DNA of 64,000 nucleotides, from assembly GCA_964019335.1 (NCBI GenBank), contig OZ025670.1:1-64000 (forward strand). Direction: 5' to 3'. Origin of the DNA: Diplonema japonicum (taxonomy: Eukaryota; Protista; Euglenozoa: Diplonemea). Position 1 is the first letter of the stretch. Each line of letters starts with the position of its first letter. Below, one piece after another: positions 1-8,166 of this stretch. The translations under genes and the position numbers were made by a program. The notes beneath the pieces were generated by a model. It was not told the DNA's origin. It did not search any database and was given only the letters and a program-made list of their open reading frames with translations.

Positions 1-97
1 AAAGTCCATTTTGAGGGTGCTCAGGCTGAGTGCCAGGTGACCCCAAAAAAAAAATATTTTTTTCAGCCCCCAAGCAGTGATGGGTGAATCCTAATTA

Positions 98-260
98 GGA
101 CTAGACTGGACTGGACTGGACCAGACTGGATCGGTGTGAATTTCGACCCAATTATGCCAGACTGACCAGACTGACCAGACTGTACAAGATACAACCACTG
201 ACCAGACCAGACCGGACCGGACCGGACCAGACCAGACTGGACTGGACTGAACCAGGACTG
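98..260. repeat. Subterminal pentamer array GACCG/GACTG/GACCA
   Basis: 200-249 reads GACCA GACCA GACCG GACCG GACCG GACCA GACCA GACTG GACTG GACTG. The same motif recurs at ~2311-2353 next to the other TIR. Confidence 0.9.
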
Positions 261-465
261 TACAAGATACAACCACCAACACCACATCCCCCCCTTTTTT
301 TTGCTGCAGAGTTCAAACATATAAACAGATGTCTACAAGAAAAGATGTTACACAGGTACTGAGAGATGACAACAACAACAAAAACAATGAGAAACGAAGA
401 AAAAAAAAATGGGGCCTTGATTGCAACACTAGGTGGCGTTAAGTGTGCAATGAAGCACGAACTAC

Positions 466-733
466 CTACTTGATTACAGGGGGTGCTCCCCAGCCGAGTT
501 GTAGCTTCTTTTGCATTCCACATTGTGTCCTTAATGCGTGCGGTGTGCTCAACCCTAGCTGGGCATCCCAGGTAACCAAGATTCTGGCACTCATGCAGTT
601 TGCTGCCTGTTCATCACCCTGAGCATCTGCATTATGTTCTTACACTCAGGCGCTACTGGTGATGACCAACGAGGAGGTCAACAGCGAACAACACATCTGA
701 TGTACTTCTTATATTTCCATGTTATCCCCACCA

Positions 734-769
<36 letters not shown>

Positions 770-1114
770 CCCAAAAAACTTTTATCTTCTTGTGCAGGGT
801 GCCACCAACACCAGCCTCTTTTAACTCATATATATATCATTCAGGTGGTGGGGATAACATGGAAATATAAGAAGTACATCAGATGTGTTGTTCACTTGTT
901 GACCTCCATGTTGGTCATCACCAGTAGCACCCAAGTGGAGAACATAATGCAGATGCTCAGGGTGATGAATTGGCAGCAAACTGCATGAGTGCAGAATCTT
1001 GGTTGCCCCAGGTTGCTACAGCTGGGGTTAAGCTGCCACACTGCACACATTAAGAACACAACACAGAACACAGAAGAAGCTACAACTCAGCTGCAGTGCC
1101 CCCCTGTATCAAGT
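466..1114. repeat. ~270-bp imperfect inverted repeat (466-735 vs 844-1114) of a locally dispersed module
   Basis: ACACATCTGATGTACTTCTTATATTTCCATGTTATCCCCACC (~691-732) is the reverse complement of GGTGGGGATAACATGGAAATATAAGAAGTACATCAGATGTGT (~847-888). Further partial copies at ~1360-1582, 1885-2010, 4115-4310 and 5400-5590. Confidence 0.85.
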
Positions 1115-2545
1115 AAACAGTTCTTGTGCAGGCACCACCAACACAACGAACAGGCATTTTCCTCCATCCACTTGGCTGGTCATCACCTGTAGCACCCTGA
1201 GTGGAAGAACAAATTGCAGATGCTCAGGGTGAGTAAACTACATAGGGCACCAGCTGGGGTTGAGCACACCACATGCATTAAGGACACGACATGGAATGCA
1301 GAAGTGGCCAAGGTGCACCCCCTGTCACTGGTCTCCTTTACCCTCTTTCATATATTTAGTGGTGGGGATCACAGAAATATGGAAATATAAGAAGTACATC
1401 AGATGTGTTGTTCGCTGTTGACCTCTATGTTGGTCATCACTGATTGTGCCCAAGTGGAGGAATGTATTGCAGATGCTCAGGGTGATAAACTGGCAGCAAA
1501 CTGCACAGGCCCAGAATCTTGGTTACCAGGGCCATGGCTGGTGTTGAGCTGCACACTGCACACATTAAGGACACAACACAGAATATTGTGCTGTCAGTGT
1601 TGTGGTGATGTAGTCACCACTTTCAACCTTGATGATGCAAAGAGGAAAAAAAAGGGGGGGGAAAAAACTAGTTTGACACTCCATTTGTTTGTGTGCATGA
1701 GCAGAATTTTACCTAATAAAATAGCTCATTATGCTGCCATCAACTAGTTTTTAGTCTTGACAATAATATTGTTAAAACAAAAAAAGTAAGGAATTCCCTG
1801 TTCCACCAAGTTCCGGTTCTGCCATTCTGCCAAGTTCCAACTTTCAGTTTGGCAGAAGGGAATGGAACAACCCAATCCTGCACAAGCAGAATCTTGGTTA
1901 CCCAGGACGCCCCGGCTGGGGTTGAGCTGAACACCACACACATTAAGGACACAACACGGAATGCAGAAGAAGCTACAACTCGGCTGTGGTGTACCCCCTG
2001 TAATCAAGTAGTCTTGTGCAGGTCCTTTAACTCATATCTCTCACCACAGCCGGGTTGTAGCTTCTTCTGTGTTCCACATCGATCACCACAGCTGGGTTGT
2101 ATTACATCCAAATACAACATTTCTGGACATTTGTACATACCTGCAGCTGCAGTGCACCAGAGTAGATAGGTGCAAATGGCTTGATGGAGCTGTGCATGTC
2201 TGTGGTATGAAGAAGAAGAAAAAGAAAAAAAAAAAAAAAAAAATTCATTGTCCAAAAATATTTGAAAAAAAAGTGTTTGCAGGTGTGTCAAAAATTGCAG
2301 AAAATTTTTGAGTCCAGTCAGTCTGGTAAAATGGGTACACCGGACCAGACTGGATTCACCCATCACTGCCCCAAGGCCAAAGGCTCAATGGAAAAATCCC
2401 AAAAAATGGCAATATCAGCCTTAGTAAGGGCACTGCTGGGGGGAATTTTTTTTTTTTTTGCAAAAAAATAAAAAAAAAGTCCATTTTGAGGGTGCCTGAG
2501 TGCCATGTGACCCCAGAAAAAAAAATTTTTTTTCACCACCAAGGC

Positions 2546-2669
2546 TGTTCCCTCTGTTCCCCTGTTCCCTTGGTTCCCCTGTTCCCCCAAATTCCCTTGA
2601 GGGAATCATTCCCTTCCCTCTGTTCCCCTGGATTCCCTCAAATTCCCTCAAGGGAACAACCCAACACTG
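2546..2669. mobile_element. Right end of another CAGTG-family TIR element (left end not seen in window)
   Basis: Tandem ~9-bp GTTCCCCT-type repeats ending in CCAACACTG (2661-2669), the same layout as the right ends at 6282 and 6919. Confidence 0.6.
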
Positions 2670-2685
2670 AGCACATAGAAGCTTT

Positions 2686-2832
2686 ATGAAACTTGCTGCA
2701 GCAATCAAAGCTGGTAACAGTTCATAAGAGGCAAGGAATAGAGCTGTTCACTTACTTGACTATCTTTTTAAGGTAGGAAAGATTGGTGAAAGAGAACATA
2801 AAACCTTAAATAAATGGTTATTGAGTGTATAA
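2686..2832 (+). pseudogene. Remnant of a Polinton/Maverick-type ORF C-terminus (AGN motif), with an internal stop
   Basis: MKLAAAIKAGNSS*EARNRAVHLLDYLFKVGKIGEREHKTLNKWLLSV*; TAA at 2725-2727. It resembles the L..S..AGN...E...+LD.L...G.I motif that I recall preceding penton genes in Maverick-like elements. Its stop is 3 nt before the next ATG. Confidence 0.5.
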
Positions 2833-2835
2833 AAA

Positions 2836-3305
2836 ATGGTTGTTTCAATCACCTTATCAAGTGATGGTGAGATATCTCCAGCTCTTCATCTTGACAGTAA
2901 TAAGAAGTATGAGATCAGTCTATCAAAGTGTAATATGTACTATTCTTGGACAAACATATTAGCAGGACAAGGTAACAATGTGTTTGAATATGTGATGATG
3001 ATGGAAGTAGTTGGAAGACACAAACCTTTGATGATGGTGTACCCCTGTAATCAAGTAGTCTTGTGCAGGTCCTTTAACTCATATATCTCTCACTGCAGCC
3101 AGGTTGTAGCTTCTTCTGTGTTCCACATCAATCACCACAGCCAGGTTGTATTACATCCAAATACAACATTTCCAGACATTTGTACATACCTGCAGCTGCA
3201 GTGCACCAGAGTAGATAGGTGCAAATGGCTTGATGGAACTATAGTATTCCTGAGATAAATGATCTTATCCCACAAGATATTCAACTCACACCTATTGTAC
3301 CTTAT
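2836..3305 (+). pseudogene. Degraded Polinton/PLV-like minor capsid (penton) gene, N-terminal part
   Basis: MVVSITLSSDGEISPALHLDSNKKYEISLSKCNMYYSWTNILAGQGNNVFEY, a frameshift at ~2992, then DDDGSSWKTQTFDDG, a ~199-bp repeat insertion (3038-3236), then YSIPEINDLIPQDIQLTPIVPY. This follows the penton pattern P+.L...YE++L.....YSW.NI...NN.F.Y...G..W....+.DG.Y.+.+IN. Confidence 0.7.
3038..3236 (+). repeat. Copy of the 1987-2188 segment inserted into the penton remnant
   Basis: TGTACCCC(C)TGTAATCAAGTAGTC...GGTGCAAATGGCTTGATGG is near-identical at both sites; most differences are CG/TG/CA transitions. Confidence 0.9.
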
Positions 3306-3862
3306 TTGTTGGCAATAAATAGCTATTGTACCACATTGGGATATGGGGGAGAAAAAGAAAAAGGAAGAAGTGTTGGTTAGTGGGAGTAATCATAGAGAGA
3401 ATAGGAAGAAATATATATTACTGCTGCCTATAACAGTTGAGGGTAGTTTACAAAGGAGTGGAAAGCCAAGGGGCATGGCCCTTGTGGCTGTGGCCACCTC
3501 AAAAATCACCCAAAGCTGGAAAAATCCACAGTAGGCCGAGAAAAAAAAAACCAAAAAACACAGGGAATTGCTCAAAGAACCCCCCCCCCCCCCCCCCACA
3601 TGCTTTCTGTGGGAATAACCCCCCCCCCCCCCCCATTGCCCAAATAATTTACAAAACCCAAAAATGAGTGTGTTCCAAATAATTTTCAAGCAGACAACAG
3701 TGAAACCAAGGGATTTTTTTTGACATACATGATGTGTTTACCTTTTTTTTTTCCCCTTCTTTTTTTCTTGTCTTCTCACATTTTTTCACACACCTAAGCC
3801 AAGCTGTTGCACATATTTTCATGTTATCCCCCCCCCACCTGAAAATAATATGAGTTAAAGGA

Positions 3863-4155
3863 AGGTTGTAGCTTCTTCTGCATTCTGCATTGTTTCCTTA
3901 ATCACCATGGCCAGGATGTAGCTTCTTCTGCATTCCACATCATGCCCTTACACTGCAGCCAGGTTGTAACTTCTTGCATTCCATGTCATTTCCTTGACCA
4001 CCATGGCCGGGTTGTAGCTTCTTCTGCATTCTGCATTGTTTCCTTAATCACCACAACCAAGTTGTAGCTTTTTGTGTTCTGTGTCATTTCCTTAATCATG
4101 ATGGCCAGATGGCTGGGTTGTAGCTTCTTCTGCATTCTGTGTTGTGTCCTTAATG
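3863..4155. repeat. ~50-bp minisatellite, 6 copies
   Basis: Unit ~GGTTGTAGCTTCTTCTGCATTCTGCATTGTTTCCTTAATCACCATGGCCA, with no unique spacers. Confidence 0.85.
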
Positions 4156-4440
4156 TGTGTGGTGTTCAGCTCAACCCCAGCCAGGGCGCCCCAGGTAACT
4201 AAGATTCTGTGCTTGTGTGGTTTGCTCAGTGATGACAGATGAGGAGGTCAACAGTGAACAACACATCCAATGTTTTTCTTATATTTTCATGTTATCCCCA
4301 CCACCTGAAAAAGAAGATAAAAGTTTTTTTTTTTTTTCTCACAGTGAGCACCCCCATGCACACTGAAATTTTATCGAGTTTTTTTTTTTTTTTATTATTG
4401 TACCAACAGTCAGCACCCCCATGCACACTGAAATTTTATT

Positions 4441-4477
<37 letters not shown>

Positions 4478-4566
4478 TTGTTGTATATTGTGCACCAGGA
4501 GGTGCATTGTGACACCTGCTTTTTCCTGTGCAGCATAGTGGTACATGTTATAAAACATGTGCTGTG

Positions 4567-5933
4567 CAGTGTTGGTCAGTCCCGTCCCATCCCCTAAAAT
4601 GGAATACAGGCCTGGATGGGACTCACAGGACTCTCCCCAACACTGTCATTATTTTTGATAGTTTTGCAACTTTTTTTTTTTTTTTTTCTCTTTGGAAAAA
4701 AAAATGGGGAAAAAAAAGAGAAAAAAATCCTTGATTTTCTTTTTGACATACATGATGTGTTTACCTTTTTTTTTTCCTTCTTTTTTTCTTGTCTTCTCAC
4801 ATTTTATCACACACCTAAGCCAAGCTGTTGTTTCTACTTTCCGCATCAAATGTTGTATTTGGATGTAATAGAAAAGGGGGGAAATAATAAATAATATGTA
4901 CAAGAGGAGGGTATGTTTATACAACCTGTGTAAACAGATCCTTGCTTTCAGCACCATGCCCCTAATGTGCAATGTACAGCTCAACCCCTGCATTGCACTG
5001 CCTGTTTGTTGCACATATTTTCATGTTATCCCCCCCCCACCTGAAAATAATAGAAAGGAGATAAATATATGAGTTAAAGGAGGCTGGTGTTGGCAGCACC
5101 CTGCACAAGAACTGTCTACTTGATTACAGGGGGTGCACCACAGCCGAGTTGTAGCTTCTTCTGCGTTCCGCATCGTTTCCTTAATCACCACGGCCAGGAT
5201 GTAGCTTCTTCTGCATTCCACATCATGCCCTTAATCACTGCAGCCAGGTTGTAACTTCTTGCATTCCATGTCATTTCCTTAACCACCACAGCCAGGTTGT
5301 AGCTTCTTCTGTGTTCTGCATTGTGTCCTTAATCACCGTGGCTGAGTTGTAGCTTTTTGTGTTCCGTGTCATTTCCTTAATCATGATGGCTGGATGGCCG
5401 GGTTGTAGCTTCTTCTGCATTCTGTGTTGTGTCCTTAATGTGTGTGGTGTTCAGCTCAACCCCAGCCAGGGCGCCCCAGGTAACTAAGATTCTGTGCTTG
5501 TGTGGTTTGCTCAGTGATGAGGAGGTCAACAGTGAACAACACATCTGATGTTTTTCTTATATTTTCATGTTATCCCCACCACCTGAAAAAGAAGATAAAA
5601 GTTTTTTTTTTTTTTTTTTTCCTTTTGTATATTGTGCACCAAGAGGTGCATTGTGACACCTGCTTTTCCCTGTGCAAAATAGTGGTACATGTTATAAAAC
5701 ACGTGCTGTGTTGTGCACCCTGTGTTGCATACATCATGTGTGTCGAAAATTTGTGGTGTTGGGGTGGTTTGTGGGCCAGACCCCTCAGACCACCAGTCTG
5801 GCCAGCACTGCCCATCCCTTTTTTTTACTTTTTTTTTTTTTTTTTTTTTTTCTTTTGCTTTGTACTTTTCTTGCAAAGGCCTCTTTTTAATATTTTTTTC
5901 AAAGCAGGTCTCTAAACCCCCTGACATTTTTTT

Positions 5934-5968
<35 letters not shown>

Positions 5969-6282
5969 TAGTCACAACAAGGTAGTATGAGCCTTGCCTC
6001 ACATCCCACCCAAACCTAGGACCTCTTTTTTTGAACCTTTGAAACCAAAAAAATGCAAGCCCCAGCCTAAATTTGGGCCTTTGTGACACAAAAAACACAA
6101 AGAAATTTTTTGGTCCCAAGAGTCCCCTGAGTCCCCTCCAGACCCCTGAGTCCCCTGAGTCCCTTGAGTCCCTCCAGTCCCCTGAGTCCCCTGAGTCCCC
6201 TCCAGACCCCTGAAAATTTCAGGGGACTCCTGTCCTGTCCCTTGGAGTCCCCTGAGTCCCTCAAGGGTCTGGACCAACACTG
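4567..6282. mobile_element. Non-autonomous TIR DNA transposon, 1716 bp, 11-bp TIR, 7-bp TSD
   Basis: CAGTGTTGGTC (4567-4577) / GACCAACACTG (6272-6282); TSD TGCTGTG (4560-4566 and 6283-6289). The unoccupied site (AAAACACGTGCTGTGTTG) is present inside the element at ~5696-5713. Subterminal GAGTCCCCT repeats at 6120-6262. Confidence 0.88.
5147..5440. repeat. ~50-bp minisatellite, 6 copies (paralogous to 3863-4155)
   Basis: Same unit and same order of variants, but with more CpG retained. Confidence 0.85.
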
Positions 6283-6921
6283 TGCTGTGTTGGTTGCATA
6301 CATCATGTGTGTCGAAAATTTGTGGTGTTGGGGTGGTTTGTGGGCCAGACCTCAGACCACCAGTCTGGCCAACATTGCCCATCCAACCCTTTTTTTACTT
6401 TTTTTTTTGTTACAAATATTTATCAGAAAATGATTTTATAACTTTATGCAACTTGTGCCAAGCAAAAAACTTTCACAGCTTTTTAAAAATATTTTCTGCT
6501 TTTGCAAACAACAAAGACATATAGTCATAAAGATTTTTCTTTTTTTTTTTTTTTTTTTTTGCATTGTACTTTTCTTGCAAAGGCCTCTTTTTAATATTTT
6601 TTTCAAAGCAGGTCTCCAAACCCCCTGACATTTTTTTAAATTTTTTTTTTTTTTTTACATAGTCACAACAAGGTAGTATGAGCCTTGCCTCACATCCCAC
6701 CCAAACCTAGGACCTCTTTTTTTGAACCTTTGAAACCAAAAGTACCAAAAAAATGCAAGCCCCAGCCTAAATTTGGGCCTTTGTAACACAAAAAACACAA
6801 AGAAATTTTTTTGGTCCCAAGAGTCCCCTGAGTTCCCTCCAGACCCCTGAAAATTTCAGGGGACTCCTGTCCTGTCCCTTGGAGTCCCCTGAGTCCCTCA
6901 AGGGTCTGGGCCAACACTGGT

Positions 6922-7262
6922 TATTTTTGACACATGCACACCTGAAGTGCACACTAGCATGTGTGAGAATTGTGTGAGAGTGTGAGAATCATGTGAGAGT
7001 GTGTGAGAATGCAAGTCGTTTTGCGAGAATTTCGGCTTAGATCTTTTTTGTGCAAGAATGCAAGAATGCGACTCACACCACCACTATGCCTAGGGGGGTA
7101 TTTTTGACACATGCACACCTGAAGTGCACACTAGCATGTGCGAGAATCGTGTGAGAATGCACAAGAATCGTGTGAGAGTGTGTGAGAATGCAAGTCGTTT
7201 TGCGAGAATTTCGGCTCAGATTTTTTTTGTGTGAGAATGCAAGTCGCTTCACCACTATGCCT
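6922..7262. repeat. Two tandem ~175-bp units with internal GTG(T/C)GAGAAT(C) repeats, followed by a G22 tract (7263-7284)
   Basis: TATTTTTGACACATGCACACCTGAAGTGCACACTAGCATG starts at 6922 and 7099; both units end in ACCACTATGCCT. Confidence 0.85.
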
Positions 7263-7471
7263 GGGGGGGGGGGGGGGGGGGGGGTGAAGTATCTGCCAAA
7301 AAATAGAAGTGGGTTTCTTACTTTTCCTTCCCCCCCTGTTTCTGTTCTCACCTCCCTCATAACCTTCATTACTCCGTTCTTAAACAAGTTTTCCCTGGGT
7401 TTGCAGTTTTACCTTCCTGATTTTTATTCTATTGTTCACATATTTTCACATATTTACATGCAGGAGTAATC

Positions 7472-7990
7472 ATGAGTTTCAATGATTTTAGTGTGAGAGG
7501 ACAGGACATTGACATCACTTGGAATGAGTACTACCGGATCCAACAGGTACTACTAGAATTCTGTGACTACTATGATGCAAAGTCTTGTGGTTTTATGGAC
7601 ATGGAACAGTTTGCCACCATCTGTAATGAGTATTTGACAGAGGATGTGCGATTTGAGTGGCCTGACTTCCCAAGGAAGGGAAAGACATGGCACTACAATG
7701 GCATTGACCAAGTTAAAACTGGCTGGTTCAAAAAAAGGCTACAAGGTTATCAAAAAAATGCTTTCCACCAACCAGGCCCCATTCAGATTATTCACTACAA
7801 GAAAGGCAAGGAAGTTTTGGTGCGACAACGTCTGGTATACTCATACAATCTTGTTTCAAATGGTGATTTAAAGGAAGCCACTGAAAATGTTATTTGGAAG
7901 TTAAAATGTGATGAATGTAACAGATGGAAAATCAGCTTGCTTCAGAACACAGTTGCTATTTTAGAGCGTGCCCCTGTTCCAAAGCTATGA
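7472..7990 (+). CDS. SnoaL-like / NTF2-fold protein, 172 aa, intronless
   Basis: IQQVLLEFCDYYD...YLTEDVRFEW...NGIDQV...H...IQI...RWKIS fits the SnoaL/NTF2 pattern. A pyrimidine-rich tract and CAG (7461-7463) precede the ATG. Confidence 0.7.
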   Translation: MSFNDFSVRGQDIDITWNEYYRIQQVLLEFCDYYDAKSCGFMDMEQFATICNEYLTEDVRFEWPDFPRKGKTWHYNGIDQVKTGWFKKRLQGYQKNAFHQPGPIQIIHYKKGKEVLVRQRLVYSYNLVSNGDLKEATENVIWKLKCDECNRWKISLLQNTVAILERAPVPKL

Positions 7991-8106
7991 AATGTCAGGC
8001 TCTTCTTTTTTTTTCACCCTCACCTGGATGAAAACAGTACTTCTGCTGTGATGTGCAGGATTTAAAACGTTGTTCCTTTCGCTTTTGTTTCTACACACAT
8101 ATTTAC

Positions 8107-8146
8107 TTTCTTTCCTCTTTTCTCCCCTCTTTATCTCTTTATCCAG
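8107..8146 (+). promoter_or_regulatory. Polypyrimidine tract plus AG; putative spliced-leader trans-splice acceptor
   Basis: TTTCTTTCCTCTTTTCTCCCCTCTTTATCTCTTTATCCAG ends 20 nt before the ATG at 8167. Similar sites end at 11413, 14003, 17771, 27466 and 43477. Confidence 0.55.
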
Positions 8147-8166
8147 TACTGTGGGAAAGTAACAAC

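Larger units (their letters stand above)
75..2368. mobile_element. Non-autonomous TIR DNA transposon (CAGTG...CACTG, 7-bp TSD; P- or hAT-like), 2294 bp
   Basis: Perfect 17-bp TIR CAGTGATGGGTGAATCC (75-91) / GGATTCACCCATCACTG (2352-2368), flanked by direct repeat CCCCAAG (68-74 and 2369-2375). GAC(C/T)(G/A) pentamer repeats lie inside both ends. No transposase ORF. Confidence 0.9.
3712..6919. mobile_element. Outer (host) copy of a CAGTGTTGG-family element, left end not recognisable, interrupted by a copy of itself
   Basis: 3712-4566 is homologous to ~4733-5710, and 6283-6919 is homologous to ~5704-6282. It ends in CCAACACTG (6911-6919) after GAGTCCCCT repeats. Confidence 0.75.

Noticed and set aside
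3032-3236. TGATGG as a 6-bp TSD
   Set aside because: The donor copy also ends in TTGATGGA (2181-2188), so this is better read as microhomology.
4567-4645. Stand-alone 79-bp MITE (CAGTGTTGG...CCAACACTG)
   Set aside because: The flanks TGCTGTG and TCATTAT do not match; the left end pairs better, with a TSD, with 6272-6282.
3863-5440. CRISPR-like array from the ~50-bp repeats
   Set aside because: Whole units are homologous, with no unique spacers or cas genes, in a eukaryotic context.
1-7300. Short ORFs in the repeat block, or a transposase
   Set aside because: They are translations of homopolymers and tandem repeats with no DDE, RT or THAP motifs; only 2686-3305 looks protein-derived.
1-7300. 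Telomere or subtelomere
   Set aside because: No TTAGGG-type array is seen; chromosomal position cannot be judged from the window.
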